DNA from: Candidatus Aminicenantes bacterium
GTDB taxonomy: Bacteria; Acidobacteriota; Aminicenantia; Aminicenantales; JAFGBC01
Direction of reading: 5' to 3'
NCBI GenBank assembly: GCA_963702005.1
Contig: OY969696.1
Coordinates: 3,168,001 to 3,232,000 of the forward strand
DNA: 64,000 nucleotides
Shown: piece by piece, positions 48,175 through 57,228 of the stretch
Layout of the letters: each line of letters starts with the position of its first letter
Numbering within the stretch: the stretch's first letter is position 1
Program-made: the position numbers and the translations under genes
The notes under the pieces: generated by a model
The model's database searches: none
The model's input: the letters and a program-made list of their open reading frames with translations, nothing else
What the model was told of the DNA's origin: nothing

Positions 48175-49779
48175 TCAAGGAAGGACCTTGGTCCCCGCTC
48201 CCTGGACGAGGGCCCGGAAGGTCTTCTCGACCCGGTCCCAGTTCTCCTCCCGATCCAGGGCCCAGAACCGGCCGATGACGGTCACCAGGTCGCCCAGGCC
48301 GATCCGGCGGCATTCCTCCTCGACCTTCTCGACATAGAAAGCGCCGCTCTCGGGCTTTTCGCCGCGGCGGCCGATCAGGGCATGGATGTAAATGCGCTTC
48401 ATCCCCTGTTCGCGGGCCATCCGGAGCAGCGCGAACAAGTGGCGGAGCGTGCCGTGCGAGCTGTAGAACGAAACGATCCCCAGCAGGTGGAGGGCCGCGT
48501 CGCGCCGGCGGGCGCCTTCCATGGCCCACAGGAACGCTTCGTTCTTGAAGAAAGATCCGTCCTCGATGGACTTGTCGATCTTGACCCGGTCGAGGAGGAT
48601 GCGGCGGCCGGCGCCGATATGGAGGTGGCCCGCCTCGGAATTCCCGACCGTGCCGGCCGGCATCCCGACGGCTTCCCCGAACGATTCGAGCAGGGCGTGG
48701 GGGAAACGGGACCAGAGCCGGTCGAAGTTCGGCGTCCGGGCTTCGGCTATCAGGTTCCCCCGCCGATCTTCGCGCATCCCCCAGCCGTCCATGATCAGGA
48801 GGAGGACGCGTTTGGGGGAGGCGCCCGAAGGACTGGCCGCATCCGGAAGGATCATGGTGCGCCCTGTCATCTCGGCCGCGGGGTCAATTCCGACGAGACC
48901 GAGGACGGTCGGGGCGATGTCGGCGAGCTCGCCCCGCTCCCGCGTCATGATCCGTTCGGGCTCGGGGACGGCGAAATCGCAGAGGATGAAAGGGACGGGA
49001 TTCTTGGTGTGGCCCGTGTTGACGGCGCCGTCCGGGTAGAGCCATTCCTCGACCGTGCCGTGGTCCGAGGTGACGATGAGAGTCAGGCCGGCGGCGCGGG
49101 CCGCGGCCTCGATCTCGCCCAGCGCCGAATCCACAGCCTCGACGGCCCTGAGGACGGCGGCTTTGTCCTCGATGTGGCCGATGACATCGACATTGGCCAT
49201 GTTGGCGATGATGACCCGATAGGCCTGGTCATGGATCTTGGCCAGGACGGCCTCGACGACGTCCCGAACGCTCATTTCAGGCTTCTCGGCATAATTGGAG
49301 ACGCCCTGCGGCGACGGGACGACGACCCTCTCCTCGCCGGCGAAAACTTCGTCGCTCTTGCCGTTCAGGAAGTGGCCGACGTGGATGGCCTTCTCCGACT
49401 CCGAAACTTTGACCAGGCGGAGGCCGGCGCCCGTTACGACCTCGGTCAGGGTGTTCTTGACCCTCCCTTCGGGCGGATAGGCGACTTTAACGGCCAGGCG
49501 CGGCGCGTACTCGATCATGGTCGCGAAATCGAGCTCAGGCCTGGGATGGACGGGAAAATGGCCGAACGCCGGGTCGGTCAGGGCTTCGGTCAGCTCGACC
49601 TCGCGCTCCCCGCGGATATCGTAGAAGATGACCGCATCGCCGGCGCGGAAACGGCCGATCGGCCGGCCCGTTTCGTCGCACTTAACGATGGGTTCGAGGG
49701 CTTCGTCCTCCTGGCCGGCCGCATAGGCGGCTCGGATGGCCGGGGCGAGGGAACGATACTTGATTCCGCTATTGTCCAT
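48175..49779 (-). CDS. gpmI: Circularly permuted 2,3-bisphosphoglycerate-independent phosphoglycerate mutase homologue
   Basis: The canonical C-terminal motifs (ESEK..H, ANVDVIGH, SDHG, GHT..PVP, DIAPT, EMTG) precede the canonical N-terminal motifs (LLIMDGWG, GNSEAGH, GRFWALDR) in one ORF. Confidence 0.88.
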   Translation of the reverse strand: MDNSGIKYRSLAPAIRAAYAAGQEDEALEPIVKCDETGRPIGRFRAGDAVIFYDIRGEREVELTEALTDPAFGHFPVHPRPELDFATMIEYAPRLAVKVAYPPEGRVKNTLTEVVTGAGLRLVKVSESEKAIHVGHFLNGKSDEVFAGEERVVVPSPQGVSNYAEKPEMSVRDVVEAVLAKIHDQAYRVIIANMANVDVIGHIEDKAAVLRAVEAVDSALGEIEAAARAAGLTLIVTSDHGTVEEWLYPDGAVNTGHTKNPVPFILCDFAVPEPERIMTRERGELADIAPTVLGLVGIDPAAEMTGRTMILPDAASPSGASPKRVLLLIMDGWGMREDRRGNLIAEARTPNFDRLWSRFPHALLESFGEAVGMPAGTVGNSEAGHLHIGAGRRILLDRVKIDKSIEDGSFFKNEAFLWAMEGARRRDAALHLLGIVSFYSSHGTLRHLFALLRMAREQGMKRIYIHALIGRRGEKPESGAFYVEKVEEECRRIGLGDLVTVIGRFWALDREENWDRVEKTFRALVQGAGTKVLP

Positions 49780-49813
49780 GGGAACCTTCAAGCCTGGCGA
49801 AAATCGGTCTATT

Positions 49814-49842
49814 AATATATGAGCCCGGCCGTCTGAAGTCAA
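49814..49842 (-). promoter_or_regulatory. Putative sigma70 promoter whose -35 is the end of a repeat element
   Basis: TTGACT (49842-49837)-17-TATATT (49819-49814). Confidence 0.55.
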
Positions 49843-50038
49843 ATCATCGACACCCATACTAAGCCGTTTCCGGCTTAGTATGAGTGCTGCAAGGCTGCTC
49901 CCCGGCCGAAGCTCCACGGACTAATGCTCATTGGAGCGCCAGTACTCATGAACCGTTTCCGGTTCATGAGTACTGCAAGGCTGGGCTCCGATTTTTAGCC
50001 CCGCTTTCAGAGCGGGGTAGCGTCGGCGAACGGGTCAA
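49838..50038 (-). mobile_element. Non-autonomous IS200/IS605-like miniature element carrying two nested hairpin modules
   Basis: Shares both ends (plus strand GTCAAATCATCGA... and ...CGGCGAACGGGTCAA) with the elements at 59632-59821; CCCCGC-tttcaga-GCGGGG hairpin. Confidence 0.7.
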
Positions 50039-50100
50039 CTCGGAGTGACCGCCTCCCCCCGTTCTGTTATAATTTATTCATTATTACCAAAGGAGGCGCC

Positions 50101-50997
50101 ATGAAACCAAAAATCGCGGTCGCGGTCCTGAGCGGAATCATCTTGGTCACTGCGGGGGCCATCGGAATCCTCCAAGGAGGATCGCCCTCCCTCCAACAAG
50201 AGAAGGTCCCCCTCGTCAAATTCGCCGGGGTCCGGTCCTCGGCTTATGGCATCAAGCCCTTTCCCGAGCCCCAGGAATGGATCAAGGCCATCTCGACCAT
50301 GGGCGGCTATTTCCCGGGATCGACGCCGTGCGCCGTCTGGATCGTCGGCCATCTCAGCCAGCGCCGGAACTGCAAGCTCGATTTCCCCTCGGAGGGAAAG
50401 AGCTATCCCAACGTCGAATTCCTCGACTTCGAGAAGCATGAGCGCTTCCTGAGCGAGTTCGACAAGGCCGGCATCAAGATCTTCCTCCAGGTCGAGCCCG
50501 CCAACGCCGACATGAAAACGCTCATCGACCTCGTCCTGGGCCGCTACAAGAGCCATTCCTGCGTCATCGGCTTCGGGGTCGATGTCGAATGGAACAAGGA
50601 GGCCGATTTCCCGGAAAGAGGCGAGAAGGTCAGCGACGACGTGGCCCGGCAATGGGAAGCCTGGGTCAAGTCTCACAATCCCAGCTACCGGCTTTTCATC
50701 AAGCATTGGGATCAGCTCTGGATGCCGCCGACCTACCGGGGCGACCTCGTCTTCGTGGACGACAGCCAGATCTTCAAGGGCTTCGACGAGATGGCCGCGG
50801 AGTTCGAGGCCTGGGGGAAGTCCTTCGCGTCGAATACGGTCATGTTCCAGATCGGCTACAACTCGGACAAGCCCTGGTGGCAGAAGATTCCCGACGCGCC
50901 CAAGACGATGGGAGAGGCGATCGCGCGCCGGATCTCCCAGGAGTGCGGGATCATCTGGGTCGATTTCAGCCTGCGCGACGTCCTCCCTCTGAAGTAG
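50101..50997 (+). CDS. Exported hypothetical protein, possible TIM-barrel glycoside hydrolase-like
   Basis: AAAGGAGG RBS; signal peptide; GFGVDVEW (DxE) motif. Confidence 0.75.
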   Translation: MKPKIAVAVLSGIILVTAGAIGILQGGSPSLQQEKVPLVKFAGVRSSAYGIKPFPEPQEWIKAISTMGGYFPGSTPCAVWIVGHLSQRRNCKLDFPSEGKSYPNVEFLDFEKHERFLSEFDKAGIKIFLQVEPANADMKTLIDLVLGRYKSHSCVIGFGVDVEWNKEADFPERGEKVSDDVARQWEAWVKSHNPSYRLFIKHWDQLWMPPTYRGDLVFVDDSQIFKGFDEMAAEFEAWGKSFASNTVMFQIGYNSDKPWWQKIPDAPKTMGEAIARRISQECGIIWVDFSLRDVLPLK

Positions 50998-51031
50998 GAA
51001 CGGGACGATGCCGTTTCGTCAGGATGTTCGA

Positions 51032-52144
51032 ATGAGGGCCGTTCGCGCCCTCTTCCTCTTTCTGCTCGTCGGCGCAATCATCGGCGGTACGGCGGCCGAA
51101 GCGCGCCCGACCGGGAGCCCGGACCTTATGATCGGGGTCAAGATCTATGAACGCGCGGGGGACTTCCCCGAGCTCTTCCGGGACTGGCGTTCGCTCGGGA
51201 TCAACACGGCCTTCGTCAGCGCGGCCCTGGCCTCGAACCCCGAATTCAGGGGACTGGCCAGGACGAACGGGATCGCCTTGTTCATCATCCTGCCCACCTT
51301 CCAGAACCCCGAGGCTTTGAAAGAAAGACCCGACCAGGCGGCGATCACCTCCGAAGGGAAACCCGCCCGCGAGGAATGGGTCGAGTTCGTCTGCCCGTCG
51401 CGAGAGGATTATCGGACGCGCCACGTTGAATACGTCAAAGGCCTGGTCCGCGATTGCGACCCGGAAGGCATCAGCCTCGACTTCATCCGCTATTTCGTCT
51501 TCTGGGAGAAGGTCTATCCGGACCGAAGCCCCGGCTCTCTGCCCCAAACCTGCTTCTGCCCCGTCTGCCTCGAGCGGTTTCAGAAAGAAACGGGCATCCG
51601 GATTCCCGGGGATCTTGCCGGAACGGTCCGCCAAGCAGAATGGATTTTAAGCCGCCATCTCCGGGAATGGACGGAATGGAAGTGCGGGATCGTTGCCTCG
51701 CTGGTGGAGACCTTGGCCGGCGAAGCGAGGCGGATCAAGCCGGGGATCAAAATCAACCTCCATGCGGTTCCCTGGAGGCGGCGGGATTTTGACGGCGCCC
51801 TCCGGACTATCGCGGCCCAGGACCTGGCCCGGATCGGCCGATCGGTCGACTATATCTCGCCCATGTGCTACCACCACATGGTCCTCCGGACGCCGGACTG
51901 GGTCCATTCGGTCGTCGAGGATTTCGCGGGCGAGGTCCGAGTGCCGGTCATCCCCAGCATCCAAGTCGGCGAAGCTTATATCGATAAGCCTTTGCTTCCG
52001 GAGGAATTCGAGGCGGCTCTCGCCGAAGCCCTGAAACCGCCCTCGCGCGGGGTCGTCTTCTGGAACTGGGATGCCCTGGCCCGGTCTCCCGAAAAAAGGG
52101 AGATCGTCAGACGATTCGGAACTCCCGCGAAGTCGCCTCGATAG
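51032..52144 (+). CDS. Exported putative glycoside hydrolase (GHL10/DUF187-like TIM barrel)
   Basis: FVCPS, GISLDFIRY, CFCPVC..RF, QD and DYISPMCYH. Start could be 51008. Confidence 0.75.
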   Translation: MRAVRALFLFLLVGAIIGGTAAEARPTGSPDLMIGVKIYERAGDFPELFRDWRSLGINTAFVSAALASNPEFRGLARTNGIALFIILPTFQNPEALKERPDQAAITSEGKPAREEWVEFVCPSREDYRTRHVEYVKGLVRDCDPEGISLDFIRYFVFWEKVYPDRSPGSLPQTCFCPVCLERFQKETGIRIPGDLAGTVRQAEWILSRHLREWTEWKCGIVASLVETLAGEARRIKPGIKINLHAVPWRRRDFDGALRTIAAQDLARIGRSVDYISPMCYHHMVLRTPDWVHSVVEDFAGEVRVPVIPSIQVGEAYIDKPLLPEEFEAALAEALKPPSRGVVFWNWDALARSPEKREIVRRFGTPAKSPR

Positions 52145-54080
52145 GCTCCAGCTTCCTGGGAAACCGGTCCCAGTAGTGGCCGAAGTAGCGCATCCGGTAG
52201 GTCCCTAACGGCTGGTCCTCGGGAATAAGCCATTCGATCGTGATTATGGAAGCCCCCCCGGCGTTTTTCCAGCGGAACCATGTGCCGGAATCGGCGTCTA
52301 TCGCCATGGTCGACCAGGAGCCTCCCTCCTTGCGATCGACGGCGAGGTAGGTTCCTTCCGTCCTCAAGTCGTTGTTGGGATAGCCTCCCAGGAAATCCAC
52401 TGAGACTCTGTCGCCCCGTTTGTATTGCTTTTTAGCGTCGTGCATGAGATCGCCGAACGTCCAGCCCGGGATCCTCGAGTCCGGAGTCCGGCGCAGATTG
52501 AGGATCTTGAGCTGGTCCCTGCGGATCGGGAGAGGCGCCGAACCCGGATCGACCGGCCGGCCTTCCTTTAAAGCTTCGGCCAACCGGGCGTACTCCTGGA
52601 GGTAGGCTTCGAGCGTCCAAGGCCCGAACAGGGTCGAAGCCCCCTCGTAGTGCTGCTTGGCGTACTCCTCCCGCGTCGTCGTGTAGCTGCTGTAGGCGTT
52701 GGCGTAGGTTGCGACGACCACGGGAAGCTCCGCTCCTGCGCCGAACACCCTGCGGATCTTGACCTTCAGCCTCCATCCCGCCATGGCCGTCATTTCGCCC
52801 GGATGGGCGACCAGGACGAGTCCGCCGATCTTGATGATCTGGAGGGGAAGGATGGAAGGCGCCAGGGGGACTCCCTTGAAGCGGGCCAGCCCCATGTGAA
52901 GGAGAATGGGCTTCTCGGCATGGCCCTCGACGTAGCCGGGCGGCAGCGCATTCTGGTCCGGCCAATCCACGCCCAGGATCAGGGGAAAAGCCAGTTCCAT
53001 GATTTCGTTGATGAGCGCGGCGTTGCCCACAAAATTCGCCCGGGTCGTCCCTTCCCCCCAGGCCTGGATGTTGAGACCTTTGGAATCCTGCTGGCTGCCG
53101 TTGACCATTCCGTAGCCCAGGGCGGCCGGCCAGGTCCTATTGGCCGTCCCGGGGACGGGGCGGTCGCTCATGTCCCTAAAAGCGTGAAGGGATTGGATAG
53201 GTCCGTCCAGCTCGACCGCCACTGATCCGAATAATTCCTCGGCTTTCCGGAATTGTTTCCGGCCCGCCTCCAAAGCCCTGTCGAGGTCGTGGATGCCGTC
53301 GGGAAATCCCGTGAGGTTCGGGGAATTGTCCCCGCAGCAGGAGTTGGCGAAGGCGGCGACGACGCCCGGATGCTTTTTTTCAAAAAATTCTTCGGCGTAG
53401 CCCTTGTTGTCGCCCGAAACAAGATGGTTCGTCTCGCCCAGGTTGGTGGGATGGCAGGCGAACCAGTTGATCGAGCCCAGCGGAGCGCCCGTCTCCCCGA
53501 CGAACTTGAGGAGGACCATCTCGGGATCGATATCGTAGACGCAGGCCCGCCTCTCCTCCTCGGGATTGTTTAAATACGCGGACAGTGAACGGTTGAACGT
53601 GCAATCCAGGAGGTTCCCCCTGGCCAGGAAAACCTTCCCGGGGGCCAAGGACAGATGAGCCTGGAAGATCGATCGGACGATTCCGTCCACGATGGCGTTG
53701 AAATTCATATCGTTGAAGCCGCGGATGGACGCGTTGTAGACGAAATAATGGGAGTAGCCGCCCGGCCCGCTGTGGGTGTGGGTGGCGGCGATCAATAGGT
53801 TCTCCTCGGTGTAGAGCGCCTTCCCGCCGCTCTGGAGAGACGCCTCGGTCTTGAGACGCTCGACCACCGCCGTCTTGACGGCCAGAGAACACATGCCCAG
53901 ATCCGCCGAGACGAGGGCGATCCGATTTCCCCTGTTCGCGTCCTCGATGATGAATGTCCGGGCGTAGAGCCGGCTCTGGAGACCCTCCCCTTTTTGGAAG
54001 AGGTTCGACATGCCCATGAACCCGAGCTCGGCGCTCGGCCCGGTGATGTCGGCTTTCCCGACGCCTATCCTGAAACCCAT
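52107..54080 (-). CDS. Neutral/alkaline ceramidase family protein
   Basis: GKADITGP, RLYAR, THTHSGPGG, SGDNKG, GDNSPN, PGEMT and YEGASTLFG. Confidence 0.9.
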   Translation of the reverse strand: MGFRIGVGKADITGPSAELGFMGMSNLFQKGEGLQSRLYARTFIIEDANRGNRIALVSADLGMCSLAVKTAVVERLKTEASLQSGGKALYTEENLLIAATHTHSGPGGYSHYFVYNASIRGFNDMNFNAIVDGIVRSIFQAHLSLAPGKVFLARGNLLDCTFNRSLSAYLNNPEEERRACVYDIDPEMVLLKFVGETGAPLGSINWFACHPTNLGETNHLVSGDNKGYAEEFFEKKHPGVVAAFANSCCGDNSPNLTGFPDGIHDLDRALEAGRKQFRKAEELFGSVAVELDGPIQSLHAFRDMSDRPVPGTANRTWPAALGYGMVNGSQQDSKGLNIQAWGEGTTRANFVGNAALINEIMELAFPLILGVDWPDQNALPPGYVEGHAEKPILLHMGLARFKGVPLAPSILPLQIIKIGGLVLVAHPGEMTAMAGWRLKVKIRRVFGAGAELPVVVATYANAYSSYTTTREEYAKQHYEGASTLFGPWTLEAYLQEYARLAEALKEGRPVDPGSAPLPIRRDQLKILNLRRTPDSRIPGWTFGDLMHDAKKQYKRGDRVSVDFLGGYPNNDLRTEGTYLAVDRKEGGSWSTMAIDADSGTWFRWKNAGGASIITIEWLIPEDQPLGTYRMRYFGHYWDRFPRKLEPIEATSREFRIV

Positions 54081-54346
54081 TCGTCCCCCCTTTCTTAAGC
54101 CTGGATGTAGGTTTTTCCGGTCGTCCCCTTCAACCCGTTAAGGATCTCGTTCATATCCTGATCGTCCCAGACCGGCTCCCTTTTCTGAAAGCGGAAAGGG
54201 AAGTCATGGCGAAAGGCTGAATTCAGTTTGAGCAGCGGCCGTTGTAGCCAAGAGCGAAAAAGCCAGGACCATCGCAAAAAATTGGACTGACTCGTTTCTC
54301 GTTATTTACCTCCTGAGGCCATTTGAGCCTATTTTCCCGATTTTTT

Positions 54347-54553
54347 TTAGGAAATTGCTTTTTCCTGGGCATGCTGAAAAGCCGTTCCCCGCGCTGAACC
54401 TCCCCTCCTGATCACGATCGAATTATATTTCCAGCCGCGCGGGGATGTCAAGATAGGCCAAAAGCGACACGAACGTCGGCTTGAGGTGACGGATGATCCT
54501 GTCCGCCGCGGCATAATCCGTGATTGAGGACAGACCATCGGGTCGACTTCGTA
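54347..54553 (-). pseudogene. Relic of an IS91-like (Y2, rolling-circle) transposase C-terminus and element end
   Basis: YEVDPMVCPQ (from 54553) frameshifts into ITDYAAADRIIRHLKPTFV (54524-54468); terminal-like AAAAAGCAATTTCCTA near 54348-54363. Confidence 0.65.
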
Positions 54554-54558
54554 AGAGT

Positions 54559-55848
54559 TTATTGAAGATGCAGGCGCCCAAGGGTTGACATCGTCTTGAA
54601 CAGGTTCTGACACAATATCTCCGTCGACGTAAGGCCGCTCGCCTGCGCAGGGGGAAGGGCATAGAGATCGTAGGTATCGGGAGGCACGGGCAAACGGTAA
54701 TGACCCTTAGCATCCGATATAGTAATTAGCCAAACCCAATCGCCCGGCTTGTTGCTGGCAGCCGCACCTATCTTGCTGAAACCGATGGTACCCGATTTGA
54801 CGATCTTCTTCCTCGCATCAGTGACTTTGCCCGAAAGCACCACGCCGTTCTGCGCCACCAGGTTGAACATTTTATCAGAGGCGGGCATCACCAGATCGAA
54901 AGACGTCTTGGTGGCCTTTCCCTTATATCCAGGATTCATTCCTGATAAATAGGGCAAAAAGACGAGTGTAAAACTTCCCTTGAGAAGATAGCCTGAATAC
55001 GTCCCATTCATGACGATAAACTGCATGATGAACATGCCTTTGACATAGGGATTACTTTTCTGGAAGACACCCAAGACGCCGCTCAATCCAATATTTCCCG
55101 AATCTTTAACGGTCCCCCAGATCTTGTAACCTTTTGGCGCTTTGATGTTCTCGACTGTATCCTTGGAAATCGTGACTCCGTCTGTTTTGAAAGTCATGGG
55201 GATGGGTTGCATCGTGCTGCTATAACCCAAAAGCGGCATGAGGATGAGCTTGTAGCTTCCGGCGGGGACCGCCATCGCATATTTCGTCGAGTCGAGGCCC
55301 GATCCGAACTGGGCGGCAAAGATCGTCGAATTCGCGTTGCCTGAAGGGAATGCCATCAACGTGCCCGTGAACATGCGGATCGTCCCGGACGGCGGGTAGA
55401 CCTTTCCGCTCATGAGATAGCCATTCTTGAGTTTGATCTCCCCCATATTCGTGTCGTTAACGATAGAGACGTCCTTGACCGTTGAAGGCACGAGCCGAGA
55501 AAATGTGGTCGGGTCGATGGATGTGCTCAGTGGCGGCGTGATGTGAACAGAGTAGCTTCCCGCCTGGAGGGGTAAAGAAAACTTGCCCGTGGCATCCGTC
55601 GTGGTTTCCCATACGTCTCCGATGTTGGGATTAGGAACTTGTGCAAAGGCATTTTTGAGCGGAACGCCCAGGGCATCTTTTACGATTCCGGAAAGAAAAT
55701 ATCCGTCCGGAAGCGTGATGTTCAATGCCTTGTCACTGATGATCTTGACTTTCAGCTTGTGGAATTCGGTCGTTCGTGATTGAGCCGCGATCCCGAGTTG
55801 CGCGATAAGAAACGTCAGAATGAGCGCACCATAAATGGCCTTTTTCAT
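54559..55848 (-). CDS. Secreted protein with repeated carboxypeptidase-regulatory-like beta-sandwich domains
   Basis: Signal peptide; four repeats of the type G..LSG.V.D.....TDA.G.Y.L....G.Y; lower GC; TAAGGAGG RBS. Confidence 0.8.
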   Translation of the reverse strand: MKKAIYGALILTFLIAQLGIAAQSRTTEFHKLKVKIISDKALNITLPDGYFLSGIVKDALGVPLKNAFAQVPNPNIGDVWETTTDATGKFSLPLQAGSYSVHITPPLSTSIDPTTFSRLVPSTVKDVSIVNDTNMGEIKLKNGYLMSGKVYPPSGTIRMFTGTLMAFPSGNANSTIFAAQFGSGLDSTKYAMAVPAGSYKLILMPLLGYSSTMQPIPMTFKTDGVTISKDTVENIKAPKGYKIWGTVKDSGNIGLSGVLGVFQKSNPYVKGMFIMQFIVMNGTYSGYLLKGSFTLVFLPYLSGMNPGYKGKATKTSFDLVMPASDKMFNLVAQNGVVLSGKVTDARKKIVKSGTIGFSKIGAAASNKPGDWVWLITISDAKGHYRLPVPPDTYDLYALPPAQASGLTSTEILCQNLFKTMSTLGRLHLQ

Positions 55849-56174
55849 TTTTTCCTCCTTAATTATTCCACGCGGCGACCTTATCCCCGCCTCTCGCCTG
55901 ACAACATCACATGATATGACCAGGAATTTCGTTTTGGCCGCTGCAATAATCTTCTTTCTTTCAATCTTGGATAGAAAAAGCTAACTCTCGTATAAAAAAT
56001 AGCACTCTGCATCTGAGGCTGTCAACATAATGCATATCACTCAGGGCAGATCCCTGCCAATATTATAAGAAATCAAAACATTAGGAACGCCTGCAGCGAT
56101 GTATTCGCTGCGCGCTTCGACCATCTGGCGTCAACGCTCGTTGACCATGCCTAAAAGAGGGATTCGGGGAAAAA

Positions 56175-57212
56175 CTACATCGCTCTCCTGTAAACGACGA
56201 GGCACTTTTTGTTTTCTAGGGCGACCCACTTGAAAACGGTGTTTCCTTTTTCCTGGAATACGACGATGTCCAACGGAGAGGGGAACTTTATCCCATCGCT
56301 GAAAGCAATATTCTCGTAGCTGAAAAGGGCGTACTTCTTGCCGTCGGCGCTGGGATAGAAGGAACAAGGATTGATCCAACTGGTTTTAAAAAAGGGCGTC
56401 CCGTTTATATAAAGCTGTCCGCCGACCTCATAATAGAGGTCGTTGCCGTTGGCCGGGTACCAAAACGAACCCGAGTCAAAGTCTTTGTTGAAAGGGCCGA
56501 ACTTCTTTCCATCGATGGTATAAAGAAACGTGGTGTTATCGTTCTCGTTCAACTTTTCGGGAGGTATCGAAGCCGCATTTTCCATTTCGCCCATAGTGAG
56601 AGTTCCCGTGCACACCACGGCGGCGTTCTTGCCGTTGGGGCTGAACTTGAAATCCACGGGGATGCCCCCGAACGAGGTTTTACGACCGTCGCTGTCAGCG
56701 AACCACGCCCGGTCCTTGTCGCTCGCCGTGTAATAGGCCCGAGCTCCGTCCGGGGTGACCCGGCTCGAGAAAATGATGAGATGGGGCCCGAACGTCTTCC
56801 CGCTGAACTGAAGTATCTGTCCTCCTTTACCGTCGGAATCGGTCGAGACAACCATGTCTTCCGGAGCCGGCTCCGGCTTATACTCGGCACAATCGCGATT
56901 CCTTTCACAGGTTTCTTTCTTGCCCTCATAGGCCGCCTTCATGGCGTCCTCCAGCTTGGCGAACGGCCCTTGCTTCTTGCCGTCCCTGAAAACAAAGAAC
57001 GGCCCGTTCTCCCCTTTGCGGATGACCAGGACCACGTCCTCGCTATCGGCACAAACGGCGATCTTACTTTCGGCCAGCATGATCTCTTCCCCCGGCTCGA
57101 GGCAATAGGCAACGCTCCGTCCGACGGGCGGTTGCTGGGCGGACGACACGGCCGCAAGAACGATCAGTCCGGCGAAGAAAACCATGGCCGACGCGGTCAG
57201 TTTTCGATTCAT
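56175..57212 (-). CDS. Secreted hypothetical protein with short beta repeats (DGKKxGPF)
   Basis: AAGGAGG RBS before ATG 57212; signal peptide; FSPNGK and YPSADGK propeller-like repeats. Confidence 0.8.
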   Translation of the reverse strand: MNRKLTASAMVFFAGLIVLAAVSSAQQPPVGRSVAYCLEPGEEIMLAESKIAVCADSEDVVLVIRKGENGPFFVFRDGKKQGPFAKLEDAMKAAYEGKKETCERNRDCAEYKPEPAPEDMVVSTDSDGKGGQILQFSGKTFGPHLIIFSSRVTPDGARAYYTASDKDRAWFADSDGRKTSFGGIPVDFKFSPNGKNAAVVCTGTLTMGEMENAASIPPEKLNENDNTTFLYTIDGKKFGPFNKDFDSGSFWYPANGNDLYYEVGGQLYINGTPFFKTSWINPCSFYPSADGKKYALFSYENIAFSDGIKFPSPLDIVVFQEKGNTVFKWVALENKKCLVVYRRAM

Positions 57213-57228
57213 AATTTCCTCCTTGGAT

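Noticed and set aside
49838-50038. Possible CRISPR array or mini-array
   Set aside because: The repeats are not identical, regularly spaced units with unique spacers, and there are no cas genes in the window.
54095-54346. Short ORF 54095-54277 and surrounding sequence as a gene or riboswitch
   Set aside because: No RBS, motif or recognisable RNA structure; most likely the ceramidase upstream region.
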